This document shows positions 1-10,914 of a stretch of 64,000 bases of DNA, piece by piece. The stretch spans positions 128,001 to 192,000 of the forward strand of contig CAWAKC010000007.1 in assembly GCA_963782525.1 (NCBI GenBank). The letters are read 5' to 3'. Both the position numbers and the translations under genes were made by a program. The stretch's first letter is position 1. Every line of letters starts with the position of its first letter. A model generated the notes under the pieces. It saw nothing but the letters and a program-made list of their open reading frames with translations. It ran no database searches and was not told the DNA's origin. Origin of the DNA: Candidatus Bathyarchaeota archaeon. Lineage in GTDB: Archaea; Thermoproteota; Bathyarchaeia; Bathyarchaeales; Bathycorpusculaceae.

Positions 1-90
1 TACTAAATAGCGAATAAAGAACATCATAATAGCCATGTTTTAAAAATAGTTAAAAAAAAATAAAAAGGGAAATGGTTTATTTGATTCTGA

Positions 91-2796
91 TTATGGGCGT
101 TTTCGGAGCATAAGAAGGTTTACTATTCCAACCGCTATGATAGCAATGATTATTCCTATTGTGGCAGGTATAAAGTATGTGTCAGCGACAGATTCTGGTT
201 GTGGTGCCGGAGTTGGGGTTACGGTAGATTGTTCGTTGCCTACGTTAATGTAAGTTGTTGCGTATGATGGTCCGTATGCTTTGGATCCTGCGAATGACGC
301 TATGATTTGGTAGGTTCCTGGAACTTCTGGGTTGTAAGGGATCGCATAAGTGCCTGTTGTGTCGCTGGTTGTTGTGCCGATTGGGATTGTGTTGCCGTTG
401 GGATCGATGGCGGTTAAGGTTACTTTAACGCCAGTTGCGTTTGATGGCATTGCCTGCTGCATGAATTTGAATTCCATCCAAGCGGACATGCTTGCGTCGG
501 AGATTGCTGGAGTGCCTTTAAGCGAGAAGTCCATAACGCCGTTGGTGTTGCGTCTACCCGAAGAAGATTGGTCAGTAACGGTGCCCGTTAGCATTACAGT
601 GTTTCCGAAGGCTGCTGCTTCTGGTGATGCTGCAACTGTTGTTGCGCTTGGGCCTCTGCCGAAAGCGTAGATTTCGCCGTCGAAGTAGTTGAGACCAACT
701 AGGATTCCGTCAGCCATGTAGATGTTTGATTCAGTGGGGGACATTCTTGCGCCCCAGAACAGAATACTCCATATGTCTTCTCCGGTGGTAGCGTTGATGC
801 AGCGTAGGTTAGGACCACGGTAGAGTGGTTGGGTGGGTGAGTGTTCGCTTCCAACGGTGTATATTTTTCCATCTGCAACTATGTTTATACCTATGGGATA
901 GTTGCCGCCATAGGGAGATTCATCACCAATGCTGGTTGCTGCGTATTGCCAAAGCATGTTGCCTGTTTCTAAGTCGTAAGCGTAGATGACACCGCCGTAG
1001 CCGAAGGTGTAGAAGATGCCGTTGTACATGTTTGAACCGGAACCGTAGTAGACGAATTGTGTCTGTGGAGGAGTTGTCCAGATTAGTTGTCCAGTTGAGA
1101 GGCTGTAGCCAAACCAATTAAGCGTGCTCTTGCAGTAGAAGACCATTCTGTCGTATTCGGGATATACGCCCATTAGGCTTACTGAAGCATTAGCTGCTGA
1201 GGAGGGTGGAGTAAAGGTTGTCTTCCAGAGTTGTGTTCCTTGTTGACCAGGTTGTAAGCTTAGCGCTATCATATATCCTTGCACGGTGCCTCGTTCGTCA
1301 ACAAATCCGGAGGTTCCGATGATGATGCTGTCATCTTGACGTACAGACACGATACTGGCAGTTTGGTTGTTAATTGCATTGCGTGGACCCCAAACACTGT
1401 CTAGCGGTAATGAAACATTCAAAGAGTAGCCGGTTGCTCCGTTGTGGACCATGTTATAGTTTAATGCTGGACCACCGCCGAAGCCGCCTCCTTGAGGTCG
1501 CCATTGCCAGTATAAGGTTCCTGAGGTGTCTGCGAGTTCTGTTGGAATTGCAGAGGAGTTCCATACTTGCAGATAATATTTTGGTGATGTGTTTGTTCCT
1601 GAGTTGTATAGGTTATATCGTAGTAAGCTTCCGTCTAACCCGTAAACCATTGTTCCTGCTGTGCTAACATTTGCAATGAACGCCACGTGGCTAAATGTGT
1701 AGCCATCGAGCATCTCGTAGACTGTGCCATTACCGCTACCCCATACTGTACCTACACCAGTGGTAACCGTTCTATAAAGATAAGGAATGCCTCCGTGTTG
1801 GTTAGGTGACTCGTAGTTGTATATTTGGCCGTATGTTGGAATGGTGTCGTTGCTGAAGTATAGTTGTTCGCCTGTGTAGAGATCAACTGCTTGCCATCCT
1901 CTTGGGGCATGTGCTGTGTCTTGATATTGGTAGATTAGTTTTCCTTGCAGAATTATTGGGTTACCAAAGTTGTACCCTTGGTAATGCGCTGTTTCATATC
2001 CCCAGTTTCCTTTGCCGCCGTCACTCTCGAACCTTGAATCCATTATGCCGCCAGCGTAGTAGGGTTTTGTCCAAAGAATGTGTGCACTTTCAGGTGCGGA
2101 ACCATATGCGAAGTTTTGGGTGTTGCTTGTTGTGCCGCCGCCGATTGCTCCAGTAGGACCTGGTGAACCTGGTGGATATGCTGCTGCAAAGGCACCAAAC
2201 CAGTTGCCGGTTAGGGTGTACCATTCTCTGTTTGCATCGTTGAGTGGTCTAGTCCAGTAATCAGTCGTAACTGGTGGTTCTGCCCAGTTTTGAACGGGTT
2301 CGTTTTGCACTGTTAGAGTGACTGGTTCACTCCAGTCTGATGTAAAGTATGCTTGGATGTCAGCGACTGTTGAATTTCTCCATTCTCCTGGATAGTAGAC
2401 TTGGAAGGTGTAGTTGCCTGCAACTTGCGGTACATAGGAGGCATATGTGGCGCCTACGGGGTCAGTGCGGGGCAATTCAATTTGCGTATCGTTGGATCCG
2501 TCCGGTTTGATTACATTGACAATCATGTGAGCTTCCCATGCTGCGCGTCCGTTTGGAGCTGGAACTTTGCCGACCGTTTCGCCGATGTCTGGCGGGATTG
2601 CTTGAGTCCATGCAACAACGAGGGCTGTCTGACCGACTCCGACAATGTTGGGTGAAACGCCAACGTAAACATATGATTGCGTTGAAGATACAGATGCGCT
2701 GGCTGTTGGTACGTTAGAAAGTATAGGAATAGCAATTGTTAGCATCAGAATTATAGTGGCTAAAGATACTACTTTTTTATTAAACGATATTTTCAT
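91..2796 (-). CDS. Secreted PQQ-like beta-propeller surface protein with C-terminal membrane anchor (paralog 1 of 5)
   Basis: 901-aa ORF; signal peptide (MKISFNKK + hydrophobic core + ASA); propeller motifs (AYDLETGNMLW, NATTGEDIW); family motifs DPVG, ESPNQHG, SEHS, WMEF; C-terminal ADTYFIP + TM + LRKRP; many N-x-S/T sequons. Confidence 0.85.
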   Translation of the reverse strand: MKISFNKKVVSLATIILMLTIAIPILSNVPTASASVSSTQSYVYVGVSPNIVGVGQTALVVAWTQAIPPDIGETVGKVPAPNGRAAWEAHMIVNVIKPDGSNDTQIELPRTDPVGATYASYVPQVAGNYTFQVYYPGEWRNSTVADIQAYFTSDWSEPVTLTVQNEPVQNWAEPPVTTDYWTRPLNDANREWYTLTGNWFGAFAAAYPPGSPGPTGAIGGGTTSNTQNFAYGSAPESAHILWTKPYYAGGIMDSRFESDGGKGNWGYETAHYQGYNFGNPIILQGKLIYQYQDTAHAPRGWQAVDLYTGEQLYFSNDTIPTYGQIYNYESPNQHGGIPYLYRTVTTGVGTVWGSGNGTVYEMLDGYTFSHVAFIANVSTAGTMVYGLDGSLLRYNLYNSGTNTSPKYYLQVWNSSAIPTELADTSGTLYWQWRPQGGGFGGGPALNYNMVHNGATGYSLNVSLPLDSVWGPRNAINNQTASIVSVRQDDSIIIGTSGFVDERGTVQGYMIALSLQPGQQGTQLWKTTFTPPSSAANASVSLMGVYPEYDRMVFYCKSTLNWFGYSLSTGQLIWTTPPQTQFVYYGSGSNMYNGIFYTFGYGGVIYAYDLETGNMLWQYAATSIGDESPYGGNYPIGINIVADGKIYTVGSEHSPTQPLYRGPNLRCINATTGEDIWSILFWGARMSPTESNIYMADGILVGLNYFDGEIYAFGRGPSATTVAASPEAAAFGNTVMLTGTVTDQSSSGRRNTNGVMDFSLKGTPAISDASMSAWMEFKFMQQAMPSNATGVKVTLTAIDPNGNTIPIGTTTSDTTGTYAIPYNPEVPGTYQIIASFAGSKAYGPSYATTYINVGNEQSTVTPTPAPQPESVADTYFIPATIGIIIAIIAVGIVNLLMLRKRP

Positions 2797-2824
2797 TTTG
2801 TTTCTTTCCTTTTGTTTTTGATTT

Positions 2825-2878
2825 TAGAAAGCACTTGCTTCCTAGAGTCCCAGGTTATTTTCTCAAGAAATATATTAA
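2825..2878 (-). promoter_or_regulatory. TATA box (TTAATATA, 2871-2878) and 5'-UTR stem-loop (2825-2844) of paralog 1
   Basis: Minus strand reads UAGGAAGC-AAGU-GCUUUCUA (8 bp with one G-U), starting 34 nt after the first T of the TATA; AGGAAAG SD-like sequence before the ATG. Confidence 0.55.
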
Positions 2879-3076
2879 TTTAACCTGAAAAAAGTTCATG
2901 TAAAAAAATAAATCAGAAAGTACTTTTTTAGAAGAAATGCTCAAGGTATTTATTTCATCTAAAACAACTGTAACTAAAGATCTAAATTGGCTAAAAATTT
3001 GTGCAACCATAAAGACAAATTTTGAACAGAAAACTAAGAGTTATTATTTTGCAACTGAAACTTAAAAGATATAATA

Positions 3077-5632
3077 CTAATGTCTTTTGCTTCTTCTCCA
3101 AAAAACATAGCCCATAGCTGCGATTGCAACGACAAGTATGCTTGCGCCACCAATAAGTACTGCAATGTTAGGAGCCAGCGCCAAGGAGCTTGCTGCGGTG
3201 GAAGCTGGAGATGTGGCTTGACTTGTGACGTTTTCTCTGAACGCATAGAGGTTCCAGTCATTACATCCGATGTATAGCATCTTGTTTGCTATGGCTGGTG
3301 AAGACCAGCTGCTTGAAGGCATATCCATAGTTTCAAGTTTTTCACCATTGTTAGCAGCGTCCAAAACGAATATGTGACGTTGGCTAGTTACGTCGTAGAC
3401 TTTGCCGTCTGCATAGGTTGGCGCAACATACAATTCATCGCCCGTGTAGAAGCTCCATACAACTTTTCCCGTGTTGGCGTCGAGGCATGCTATGTTAAAT
3501 TTGTCGATGAGGATAACGTGTCCGTTCACGTATATCGGGGCATTGTAGATGAATTCGCCAGCGTCTTTGTTGGTGAAATTCCACAAAACCTCGCCTGTTG
3601 CCGCACTAACAGCATAATAAGTGATAACGTTGGATGACGTAAATACCATGCCATCTGCCACTGATGTTGAACCTAACAGTTCCGTTCCACCGATAAAAAC
3701 AGGGACATAGGGAATTGGTCGAGTCCAAATTACAGCTCCGTTGGCAGCGTCAAGTTTGTAGAGCATACCAGTGGTCGGTTCGTGGGAAGTGAAGAATATA
3801 GCACCGTCTGAGACTGAAGGGGAATTTTCAATCGGGCCAAGAGTTGCTGTTTTCCAAACAACATTGCCGTTGTTCGCATCAAGAGCATACATGTTGCCAT
3901 CCATTGACCCAATGTAAACAATGCCATTTGACACTGCGGGTGAAGATTTCATAACTATAGTGGAAAATGTGTTTGGCATGTTGCCGTTGACAGGCGTTGT
4001 CCATATGAGGTTGCCGCTGAAAGCATCTAGACAGTAAACGTTGCCGTCATCGCCTCCAGTGTAAACCTTACCGTTCACAACCGCAACTGAAGATTCAACT
4101 GCAGCGTTGGTGGCAAAGCTCCAGATGAGATTGCCGTTATATGCGCCAACCGCATAGATGTTTTTGTCTTGAGAACCAAAATAGACGATTCCATCCACGA
4201 TTGTTGGTGAGGATAGAACTGAACCGTTTGTCGCGAATTTCCACGCTAAAGTAAGATTAGCTGGACCTTGAGGGGCACTTGATGAGTGTGTTGGGTCTGC
4301 TCCCCACATTGACCAGTTGCTAACTGGAGTCGAAGGTGTGCCCATGGCCCAAAGCTGATTAGCGGTAGAGTATTCGTTTCCTGAGATTGTATCTACGGCA
4401 GTCGTTACTTCACCTGGAATAAGATACAAAGTTCCGTACGCAACGATCGCAGATTCTTTGGGTGCAAGGGCTTCCATCTTAAGCTTCCAAATTATTTGTC
4501 CAGTGTAAGCATCTAAACATGCAAACTGTGAAGCGCCCACTTCGTTGTTATAATAGGCATTTTGCCCAGTTGTCGCGTAAACCTTCCCGTCTGCAACCGT
4601 GGGGGCACCTGGAAACATCAGTGGACCTGGCCCCGTATAGTTCCATGCAAGTCGGCCAGTTTCTACGTTGACGGCATAGAGGTTACCATCCTTATTGAGC
4701 GCATAAACCATACCGTAACCAACCGCTGTGCCTACGCAGAAGTAACCGTCAGTGTTAGGCGTATAAGTCCAAAGGATGTCGCCGTTTGTAGCGTTAAAAC
4801 AGTACAGTGTATTGTCGTCTGTACCTCCCCTAAGATACATTCCTTCATAGTAGGAACCGCTAAAAATCATCGGCCCCTTCGTAAGAGTATCCCAAACAAC
4901 CTTGCCAGTTCTTGCATCTAGCGCCATCTGATGATTCTCAAAAGACCCTGGAAACACCAATCCGCCGCCGTACGTAACCCCCGAACCCGTAGTGCCGCCG
5001 CCGGGAACATATGTTTGCCAAGCCAAAGTTGGAGGCGCTGAGGGATCAGAGAAATCCCAAGCGTTGATGTATGAACCGACTTTTGTGTAGAACATTTTTT
5101 CTTCGGAACTATACACGTTGGCGACGAATAGAACGCCTGTGTCAGCTGAGAATTGTGTGCTGGTCCAAATGATGTTGCCTGTTTGCGGGTCAAGGCATGT
5201 GCCTTCAACAACCATGTGTGTATTGTCAATCTTGTAGGCTACGGGCCATGTTCCATTCATGGGAATGTCTTTGTGCCAGACAACTTGTCCAGATTGGTCA
5301 ACTGCACTAACGCCTGTGGTTGTGCAAACAAAAATTTTCCCGTCGAAAGCCACAAGGTAGGGTTCTATTCCTGTTATGTTGGTTTTCCACAGTACATTTG
5401 ATGTTGCTGGGGCTGGTCCTGCTGAAGACCGCGAGAAGGATGAATCGCCTTGGAATTGGGGCCACTCATACTGGTTTAGATTGCTAGAAGTAGAAGCGGA
5501 ATTAGTGTTGACTTGAGCATTTACAGTGGTGGGTCCTGCCTGAATGTAAAGCGAAGCAAAGATTGACGTAATAAGCAACAGAAGTAAGAACGACGCAACT
5601 TTGAGATTTTTAATAATTTGGCAGTCCCCCAA
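3077..5632 (-). CDS. Tandem PQQ/BamB-type beta-propeller protein, secreted and membrane-anchored
   Basis: 851 aa; two propeller units, each opening with a W-x-(Q/M)-(F/W)-x-(G/A)-D motif (WPQFQGD, WSMWGAD); many SSP-x-V-x-x-G-x-V-Y and A-L-D-A-x-x-G-x-x-x-W repeats; C-terminal TM + RRSKRH. Confidence 0.85.
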   Translation of the reverse strand: MGDCQIIKNLKVASFLLLLLITSIFASLYIQAGPTTVNAQVNTNSASTSSNLNQYEWPQFQGDSSFSRSSAGPAPATSNVLWKTNITGIEPYLVAFDGKIFVCTTTGVSAVDQSGQVVWHKDIPMNGTWPVAYKIDNTHMVVEGTCLDPQTGNIIWTSTQFSADTGVLFVANVYSSEEKMFYTKVGSYINAWDFSDPSAPPTLAWQTYVPGGGTTGSGVTYGGGLVFPGSFENHQMALDARTGKVVWDTLTKGPMIFSGSYYEGMYLRGGTDDNTLYCFNATNGDILWTYTPNTDGYFCVGTAVGYGMVYALNKDGNLYAVNVETGRLAWNYTGPGPLMFPGAPTVADGKVYATTGQNAYYNNEVGASQFACLDAYTGQIIWKLKMEALAPKESAIVAYGTLYLIPGEVTTAVDTISGNEYSTANQLWAMGTPSTPVSNWSMWGADPTHSSSAPQGPANLTLAWKFATNGSVLSSPTIVDGIVYFGSQDKNIYAVGAYNGNLIWSFATNAAVESSVAVVNGKVYTGGDDGNVYCLDAFSGNLIWTTPVNGNMPNTFSTIVMKSSPAVSNGIVYIGSMDGNMYALDANNGNVVWKTATLGPIENSPSVSDGAIFFTSHEPTTGMLYKLDAANGAVIWTRPIPYVPVFIGGTELLGSTSVADGMVFTSSNVITYYAVSAATGEVLWNFTNKDAGEFIYNAPIYVNGHVILIDKFNIACLDANTGKVVWSFYTGDELYVAPTYADGKVYDVTSQRHIFVLDAANNGEKLETMDMPSSSWSSPAIANKMLYIGCNDWNLYAFRENVTSQATSPASTAASSLALAPNIAVLIGGASILVVAIAAMGYVFWRRSKRH

Positions 5633-5895
5633 GAGTTAATCGATCGCAAGTTAGGCTAATTTCTATTCCACAAAAACGTTTAAGATGAAATCACAGTATA
5701 AACTTTACGTTAAAGTGCCTTTCAGCTTTAATCCAACGAAGTTTGATGACTCAGAAATATCTGGTTGTTTCAGCTGGAAAGGTGCGAACCATAAATCAGC
5801 TGACAATACTGCTCAACCCTGAATTATAGTCAGTAAATGTCAAAGCACCAATAGTTTATTAAGATTCCAAAATAGGTTCCTATGGTGGATGCTAC

Positions 5896-7929
5896 ATGAA
5901 AAAAATGTGGCGAATAATACTCGTTACTTTTCTAGTTTTCGCCATTTCAACATCCATTTTTGCTTCTGAAGGCACCGCTAAAGCGGTAACCAGCGATAAA
6001 GTGTACGTTGGTGTAACTTTCGGCGGCACTACCGTCGATGAAGCGAAACAGTTGATTGACAAAGTTTACACATACACGAATCTATTCATTGTGGACTCCT
6101 GGACCATCAGCGGCAACTTCAATGATACTACACCCTTAACTGAAATTTGTGATTACGCAGTACAGCACAACTTAGCTATCATAGTTTATTTCAGCTTCAT
6201 CTATTACAACTACACCCGAACCGTAGGTAACCTCTACAACGCCTCAGTTTGGGACCTTTATGGAGTCTTACCTTGGCATGTTGATTGGCTAAACCAAGCT
6301 AAAGCAAGGTGGGGCGACATGTTCTTGGGCGCTTACCTCTATGATGAGCCAGGAGGAAAACAAATAGACACGGGATACTGGGGAGGAAGCACCATGACGA
6401 CGTTCACCGGATCAAAAATCACTACATTTGTCAATACAACCGATTATGCTGACGCGGCCAGCCGGTTTACAAGAAGTTTAAACGGTGGAAGCATGCAGCA
6501 TATCATCAACACCACAATTCCCAACTCTGTAACGAGTCCAGTGCCTGTATTCACAGCTGATTATGCTCTTTACTGGTTTGATTACAAAGCAGGATACAAC
6601 ACTGTCTTTGTGGAATTGGGGAACAACCTACCAACGAACAGCAAAATCCAACAGATCGCCCTTTGCAGAGGTGCAGCTACAGCGCAACAAAAGGATTGGG
6701 GAGCCATAGTCACTTTAGGTACAGATGTGCCAAATCCAACTCCTGAAAATGGAACAACCGTCCTTAGTGATATGACTATGGCTTATGAGGCTGGTGCCAA
6801 GTACATTTTGGTGTTTAACTATGAACTCAACGGTCAAGGTATCCTAACAGATGAACAATTTAACGCTATGAAACAGTTCTGGGACAACATTCACTCATCT
6901 TCCGCAGATTCATGGGATAAATCCCCCGGACAAGTTGCCTTGGTGCTTCCCAATGACTATGGCTGGGGTATGCGACGCTTAAATGATAGGATGTGGGGGA
7001 TATGGGATGCACCTGATAATGCTACCCAAATCTGGAATAACATCGGCAACCTAACCGAAAGATACGGATTAAACCTGGACATCGTTTATGACGACCCTTC
7101 TGTGAACATCTCGGGGCTGTATTCTCAAACGTACCTTTGGAACAGCACCCTTAACTTTGCATCAACACCAACTTTATCCAACGAAATCTACATTTTGATT
7201 TCTGTAGTGGGTTCGGTTGGAGCAGTTGCTTGTGTATCCACTTATTTGGTTACAAAACGCAGAAAGCCAAAACTACCAACTCAGTTGGCGCAGCAATTCA
7301 GCCCAAGCAAAGAAGTGCTTTTAGAATCACCAATAACAACCCCAAAGAAAGTTGAAGTTAACCCCGAATTAAACGACATTTTCAACGCTTACGCCAACAT
7401 CATAGATCCATTGCATGATTTGCTCATGGACCTCCATGGACATACAAGCTGGATGGACCTAGAAAACGACTTAACCCGATGCAAACTTGCAAAAGCGTTG
7501 GAAGGAAAAATTTCCTTAGAAAACCTGAACTTTAGAAAGCTCTCTATTCTAATAAAGAATAAGAAGGCAAAAGAAGCCGCAAACGAAATTGAAGCTTTAA
7601 TTGAAACATTACATAGAGAAGTATCAACCCTAAAGGGAAAAGACGTCTCAGAGGAAACCCAAATAGAGTATAGTTCGTTAAAATCGGTAATTCTAGCCTA
7701 TTTTACTCTGAACGATGTTTTACTGGGTCAAGCCCTTGGCGATGAAGAACTTGAGAAAGAAAAGAGCGAGCTTGCCAAAGTTTTAGATGGCTTTTCTGAA
7801 AAGAAAGGAAGTGGATTGTTTGTCGAATTCACAGATAGGCTTAAGCTTCAAAAAACTGGGAAGCTTTCAGTTGAAAAAAGCCGATTGTTAATCAGAAAAC
7901 AACTCAATGAGTTCCTCAGACAGAATTAA
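5896..7929 (+). CDS. Single-pass membrane protein: extracellular glycoside-hydrolase-like domain, TM helix and cytoplasmic helical domain
   Basis: 677 aa; signal peptide; YLYDEPGG motif; TM at about aa 430-453 followed by KRRKPK; charged helical C-terminal region of about 220 aa. Confidence 0.7.
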   Translation: MKKMWRIILVTFLVFAISTSIFASEGTAKAVTSDKVYVGVTFGGTTVDEAKQLIDKVYTYTNLFIVDSWTISGNFNDTTPLTEICDYAVQHNLAIIVYFSFIYYNYTRTVGNLYNASVWDLYGVLPWHVDWLNQAKARWGDMFLGAYLYDEPGGKQIDTGYWGGSTMTTFTGSKITTFVNTTDYADAASRFTRSLNGGSMQHIINTTIPNSVTSPVPVFTADYALYWFDYKAGYNTVFVELGNNLPTNSKIQQIALCRGAATAQQKDWGAIVTLGTDVPNPTPENGTTVLSDMTMAYEAGAKYILVFNYELNGQGILTDEQFNAMKQFWDNIHSSSADSWDKSPGQVALVLPNDYGWGMRRLNDRMWGIWDAPDNATQIWNNIGNLTERYGLNLDIVYDDPSVNISGLYSQTYLWNSTLNFASTPTLSNEIYILISVVGSVGAVACVSTYLVTKRRKPKLPTQLAQQFSPSKEVLLESPITTPKKVEVNPELNDIFNAYANIIDPLHDLLMDLHGHTSWMDLENDLTRCKLAKALEGKISLENLNFRKLSILIKNKKAKEAANEIEALIETLHREVSTLKGKDVSEETQIEYSSLKSVILAYFTLNDVLLGQALGDEELEKEKSELAKVLDGFSEKKGSGLFVEFTDRLKLQKTGKLSVEKSRLLIRKQLNEFLRQN

Positions 7930-9398
7930 ATTTGCGCTGGTTTATTGCGTGCCCTAAGCTTCACCATGTTGGTGAACGCCCACCTCAGCGATTTTGATCG
8001 CCATATACGGTCGTTTAATGCGGTTCGTCCCATGTTTTTGCTGTAGAATGTTCCTTTTAAGTATTGCCGGGCAACATAGCGCCAAGAGTAGAAGTGGTCA
8101 TAGAATTCACGTCTGCTCTTGATTAAATCTACATCTTGGAGCAGAGGGTTTTCAAAAACAGGTTGCTGTAAATCGTATTTGCTCCAGTCGTCTGAGACCT
8201 CCCAGCCTAACTCTTGAAGGTAACTGCTAAGATGTGTACCCGGATACGGCGTTGCCATGCACAGGTAAACGTAGTCAGGGTCGGCTCTATGAATAAAATC
8301 GTAAGTTTGCTTAAGCGATTCTTTTGTTTCGCCTGGAAAACCAATGATTACTGACATAGCAACTGACAACCCCGCTTTTTTAGCCATCTTCACTGCTTTC
8401 TCATTCATTTCGACGGTGGTTTTTTTGTGGACTGAATCGAGGATTTTTTGGCAGCCGGATTCAGCGCCGAAACTTAGCAGTTGACAGTCTGCCGCTTTCA
8501 TAGCGTTGAGAACTTCCGGGGAGATGCGGTCGACTCTGGTTTGGGCATCCCAGGGGACATTGATTTTTCTTTTTCGCATTTCCTGACATATCTTGATTGC
8601 CCGCTCTTTATCGTAAGTGAATGCATCATCAAAGAAGCTGAACGCTCCAGCCCCAGCATCATGGTTGCTCTTTAACCATTCAAGTTCATCAACCACTTTC
8701 ATCGGGTCTCTGGCGCGAAACTCTTTTCCAGCCATCCGTGACGAGACACAGTAAGAACATTGGAATGGGCAGCCTCTGCTGGTTAAGATGGGCAGGATGG
8801 TTCTGCCGAAAAACCGGTATTGTTTAAGCGAAAAATACTGGTAGGCGGGGTATGGCAGTTCGTCGAGGTTTTCGATGAAGGGGCGTTCGGGTGTGCGGAT
8901 GACTTCGCCGTTTTTTCGGAAAGAAATTCCTAGAACGTTCGTGAGGTCGCCGTTACCGAATAATTTTGAAAGCAGTTCAGCCAGGGTGATTTCGCCTTCG
9001 CCTCGAACCACTATATCCACCGATGCCTCCTCGCTCAAAACATCCGTATCAAGGAAGGTTGCATGGGGACCACCCAAGATTACAACACAATTGGGCGCGT
9101 TTTGTTTAGCTACCTTTGCTGTTAGATAAGTGGATTTAATCGTGGGAGTAACGGAAGTGATGCCTACTACATCGGGTTGGTATGCGGCGAATTCTTTGCC
9201 GAGACTTTCGTGACTTAAGCCCAGGGCAAGGCAATCGAATACTTTGAGTTCATGCCCGTTTTTTTCGATAACAGCAGACAAATATGCCAGGCCAATGGGC
9301 AAATTGGGACACCAGAGCTTGCGTATGTCAAACGCAGGGGGAATAACCAGGGCTACCTTAAGTTTTCTGCTTGACTTAAAAACGGCAAGGTCACTCAA
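7926..9398 (-). CDS. Cobalamin-binding (class B, BchE-like) radical SAM protein
   Basis: N-terminal PIGLAYL, GGPHAT and GEGE B12-binding domain motifs; SRGCPFQCSYC; FDDAF; PYPGT. Confidence 0.9.
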   Translation of the reverse strand: MSDLAVFKSSRKLKVALVIPPAFDIRKLWCPNLPIGLAYLSAVIEKNGHELKVFDCLALGLSHESLGKEFAAYQPDVVGITSVTPTIKSTYLTAKVAKQNAPNCVVILGGPHATFLDTDVLSEEASVDIVVRGEGEITLAELLSKLFGNGDLTNVLGISFRKNGEVIRTPERPFIENLDELPYPAYQYFSLKQYRFFGRTILPILTSRGCPFQCSYCVSSRMAGKEFRARDPMKVVDELEWLKSNHDAGAGAFSFFDDAFTYDKERAIKICQEMRKRKINVPWDAQTRVDRISPEVLNAMKAADCQLLSFGAESGCQKILDSVHKKTTVEMNEKAVKMAKKAGLSVAMSVIIGFPGETKESLKQTYDFIHRADPDYVYLCMATPYPGTHLSSYLQELGWEVSDDWSKYDLQQPVFENPLLQDVDLIKSRREFYDHFYSWRYVARQYLKGTFYSKNMGRTALNDRIWRSKSLRWAFTNMVKLRARNKPAQI

Positions 9399-9402
9399 CA
9401 GT

Positions 9403-10800
9403 CTACAGCATCCTACTTACGCTTTTTAGGAAAGCAAGGAAACCATCGCGTCTTATTCTGCGAAGAAGCGTCTTTGGCGCTGTGTTGAAGCCTCGTTGAT
9501 ATCGTTTTTGGAGTGCAACGACTGATTCATAGTTGAATTCGTCAGTTTTAACGAAAGCCAAAAAATCTTCCATACGGTCATACTCATGCTTCTCCAAGAC
9601 TTCTTCGTAGAGGACGCTGTGTGGGCAAGCTATGAACACGTAGAAGGTTGCCCAGTCTGGACCGAGCTTCTTAGCAAACTTGAAGGTAGTTTCCATATCC
9701 GCAACTGTTTCGCCCGGGACACCAAGCATGAACGACGCTGCGATGTTTATGCCTGCTTTTCTGCATAGTTTAAACGCCGCCTCAATCTTTTCCGGGGTTG
9801 TGTGAGTGTTTAGTTTATCCAAAATGCGTTGGGAACCTGATTGTATGCCGAAGAATATGGTGCTGCAGCCTGCCGCTCGCATTTCGTTAAGCACATCAGC
9901 AGAAAGCAAGTCAACACGGGTGTCGCATGCCCACTCAAGGCCTAAATTGTTCGATCTCATCTGATGACATAACTCGATGGTGCTTTCCTTATTGATCGTA
10001 AAGTTATCATCTATGAAATAGATGCCCTTGGAACCAAACTTCTCCTTCATGTACTTGAGTTCGCCGATAACCCGTTCAGGACTGAAAGCACGACACTTCA
10101 TACCCCAAAGCTTCTTGGTTTCACAGTAGTTACAACTGTAAGGGCAGCCACGCATCACATGCATGACATCTACTGGTTTGGCTTTTAGGTAACCGATTTG
10201 TCGGTCATAGAAGTTCATGTCCAAGAGGTGACGTGCTGGGTAAGGAATTGTATCTATGTCTTCGATTAGTATGGGGGGAGTTTTGGAAATTTTTCCGTCT
10301 AATCTGCAAGCAACACCAGGAATTTTCGCTATGGTCTGTTGGTCGGCGCCTTTGGTAATTTGGGTGGCCAATTCCACCATCGCTCGCTCGCCCTCGCCCA
10401 TTATGGCATAATCTATCTCGGGGTTCTCAAGCGCTGAATCAGGCAAATAGGATGCATGCCATCCGCCGACTACCACTTTGCATGATGGGAGGACCTCTTT
10501 TGTGGCTTTAGCCATTTCAACAGCTCGGCGGTAAGTAACTGAACCGCAGGTTATGCCCACGATGTCGGGCTTGCGTTTCTGAACTTCCTGCTTGACAAAA
10601 TCAATCGTTGTCCGCATCTGATAGTTGTCGAGCATCTGCACCTCAAAACCCGCTTTCTCGAGTGCGCCAGCAACGTACGATAATCCTAACGGGGGCAGCT
10701 TGGCTGGGATACCCCAAGGCGAATTTTCAGGTGGTATGGTGGTCATTAACAGAATCAATGCAAATTTGCCCTCAGTCATGTAGCTTGTACCAAATAGCAT
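9403..10800 (-). CDS. Cobalamin-binding radical SAM protein (true start probably 10779 or 10758)
   Basis: PPLGLSY, GGWHAS, GEGE, MRGCPYSCNYC, IDDNF; a TATA-like TTTATTAT at 10812-10819 argues for a downstream start; 4-nt gap to the next B12 radical SAM gene suggests an operon. Confidence 0.9.
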   Translation of the reverse strand: MLFGTSYMTEGKFALILLMTTIPPENSPWGIPAKLPPLGLSYVAGALEKAGFEVQMLDNYQMRTTIDFVKQEVQKRKPDIVGITCGSVTYRRAVEMAKATKEVLPSCKVVVGGWHASYLPDSALENPEIDYAIMGEGERAMVELATQITKGADQQTIAKIPGVACRLDGKISKTPPILIEDIDTIPYPARHLLDMNFYDRQIGYLKAKPVDVMHVMRGCPYSCNYCETKKLWGMKCRAFSPERVIGELKYMKEKFGSKGIYFIDDNFTINKESTIELCHQMRSNNLGLEWACDTRVDLLSADVLNEMRAAGCSTIFFGIQSGSQRILDKLNTHTTPEKIEAAFKLCRKAGINIAASFMLGVPGETVADMETTFKFAKKLGPDWATFYVFIACPHSVLYEEVLEKHEYDRMEDFLAFVKTDEFNYESVVALQKRYQRGFNTAPKTLLRRIRRDGFLAFLKSVSRML

Positions 10801-10914
10801 AACTTTGTTTAATAATAAACTTAACTGTAAAGCCGCTTCAAAAGAATTTGAGTGTTTTTTTGCAGAATAAGCTCAGGGATAAATCGTTTAACATGTTATT
10901 AACTCTGGAAATCG

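Noticed and set aside
9396-9405. TAG readthrough (pyrrolysine) fusing the two tandem B12 radical SAM genes
   Set aside because: The downstream gene is in a different frame (4-nt gap) and a TGA follows the TAG within four codons.
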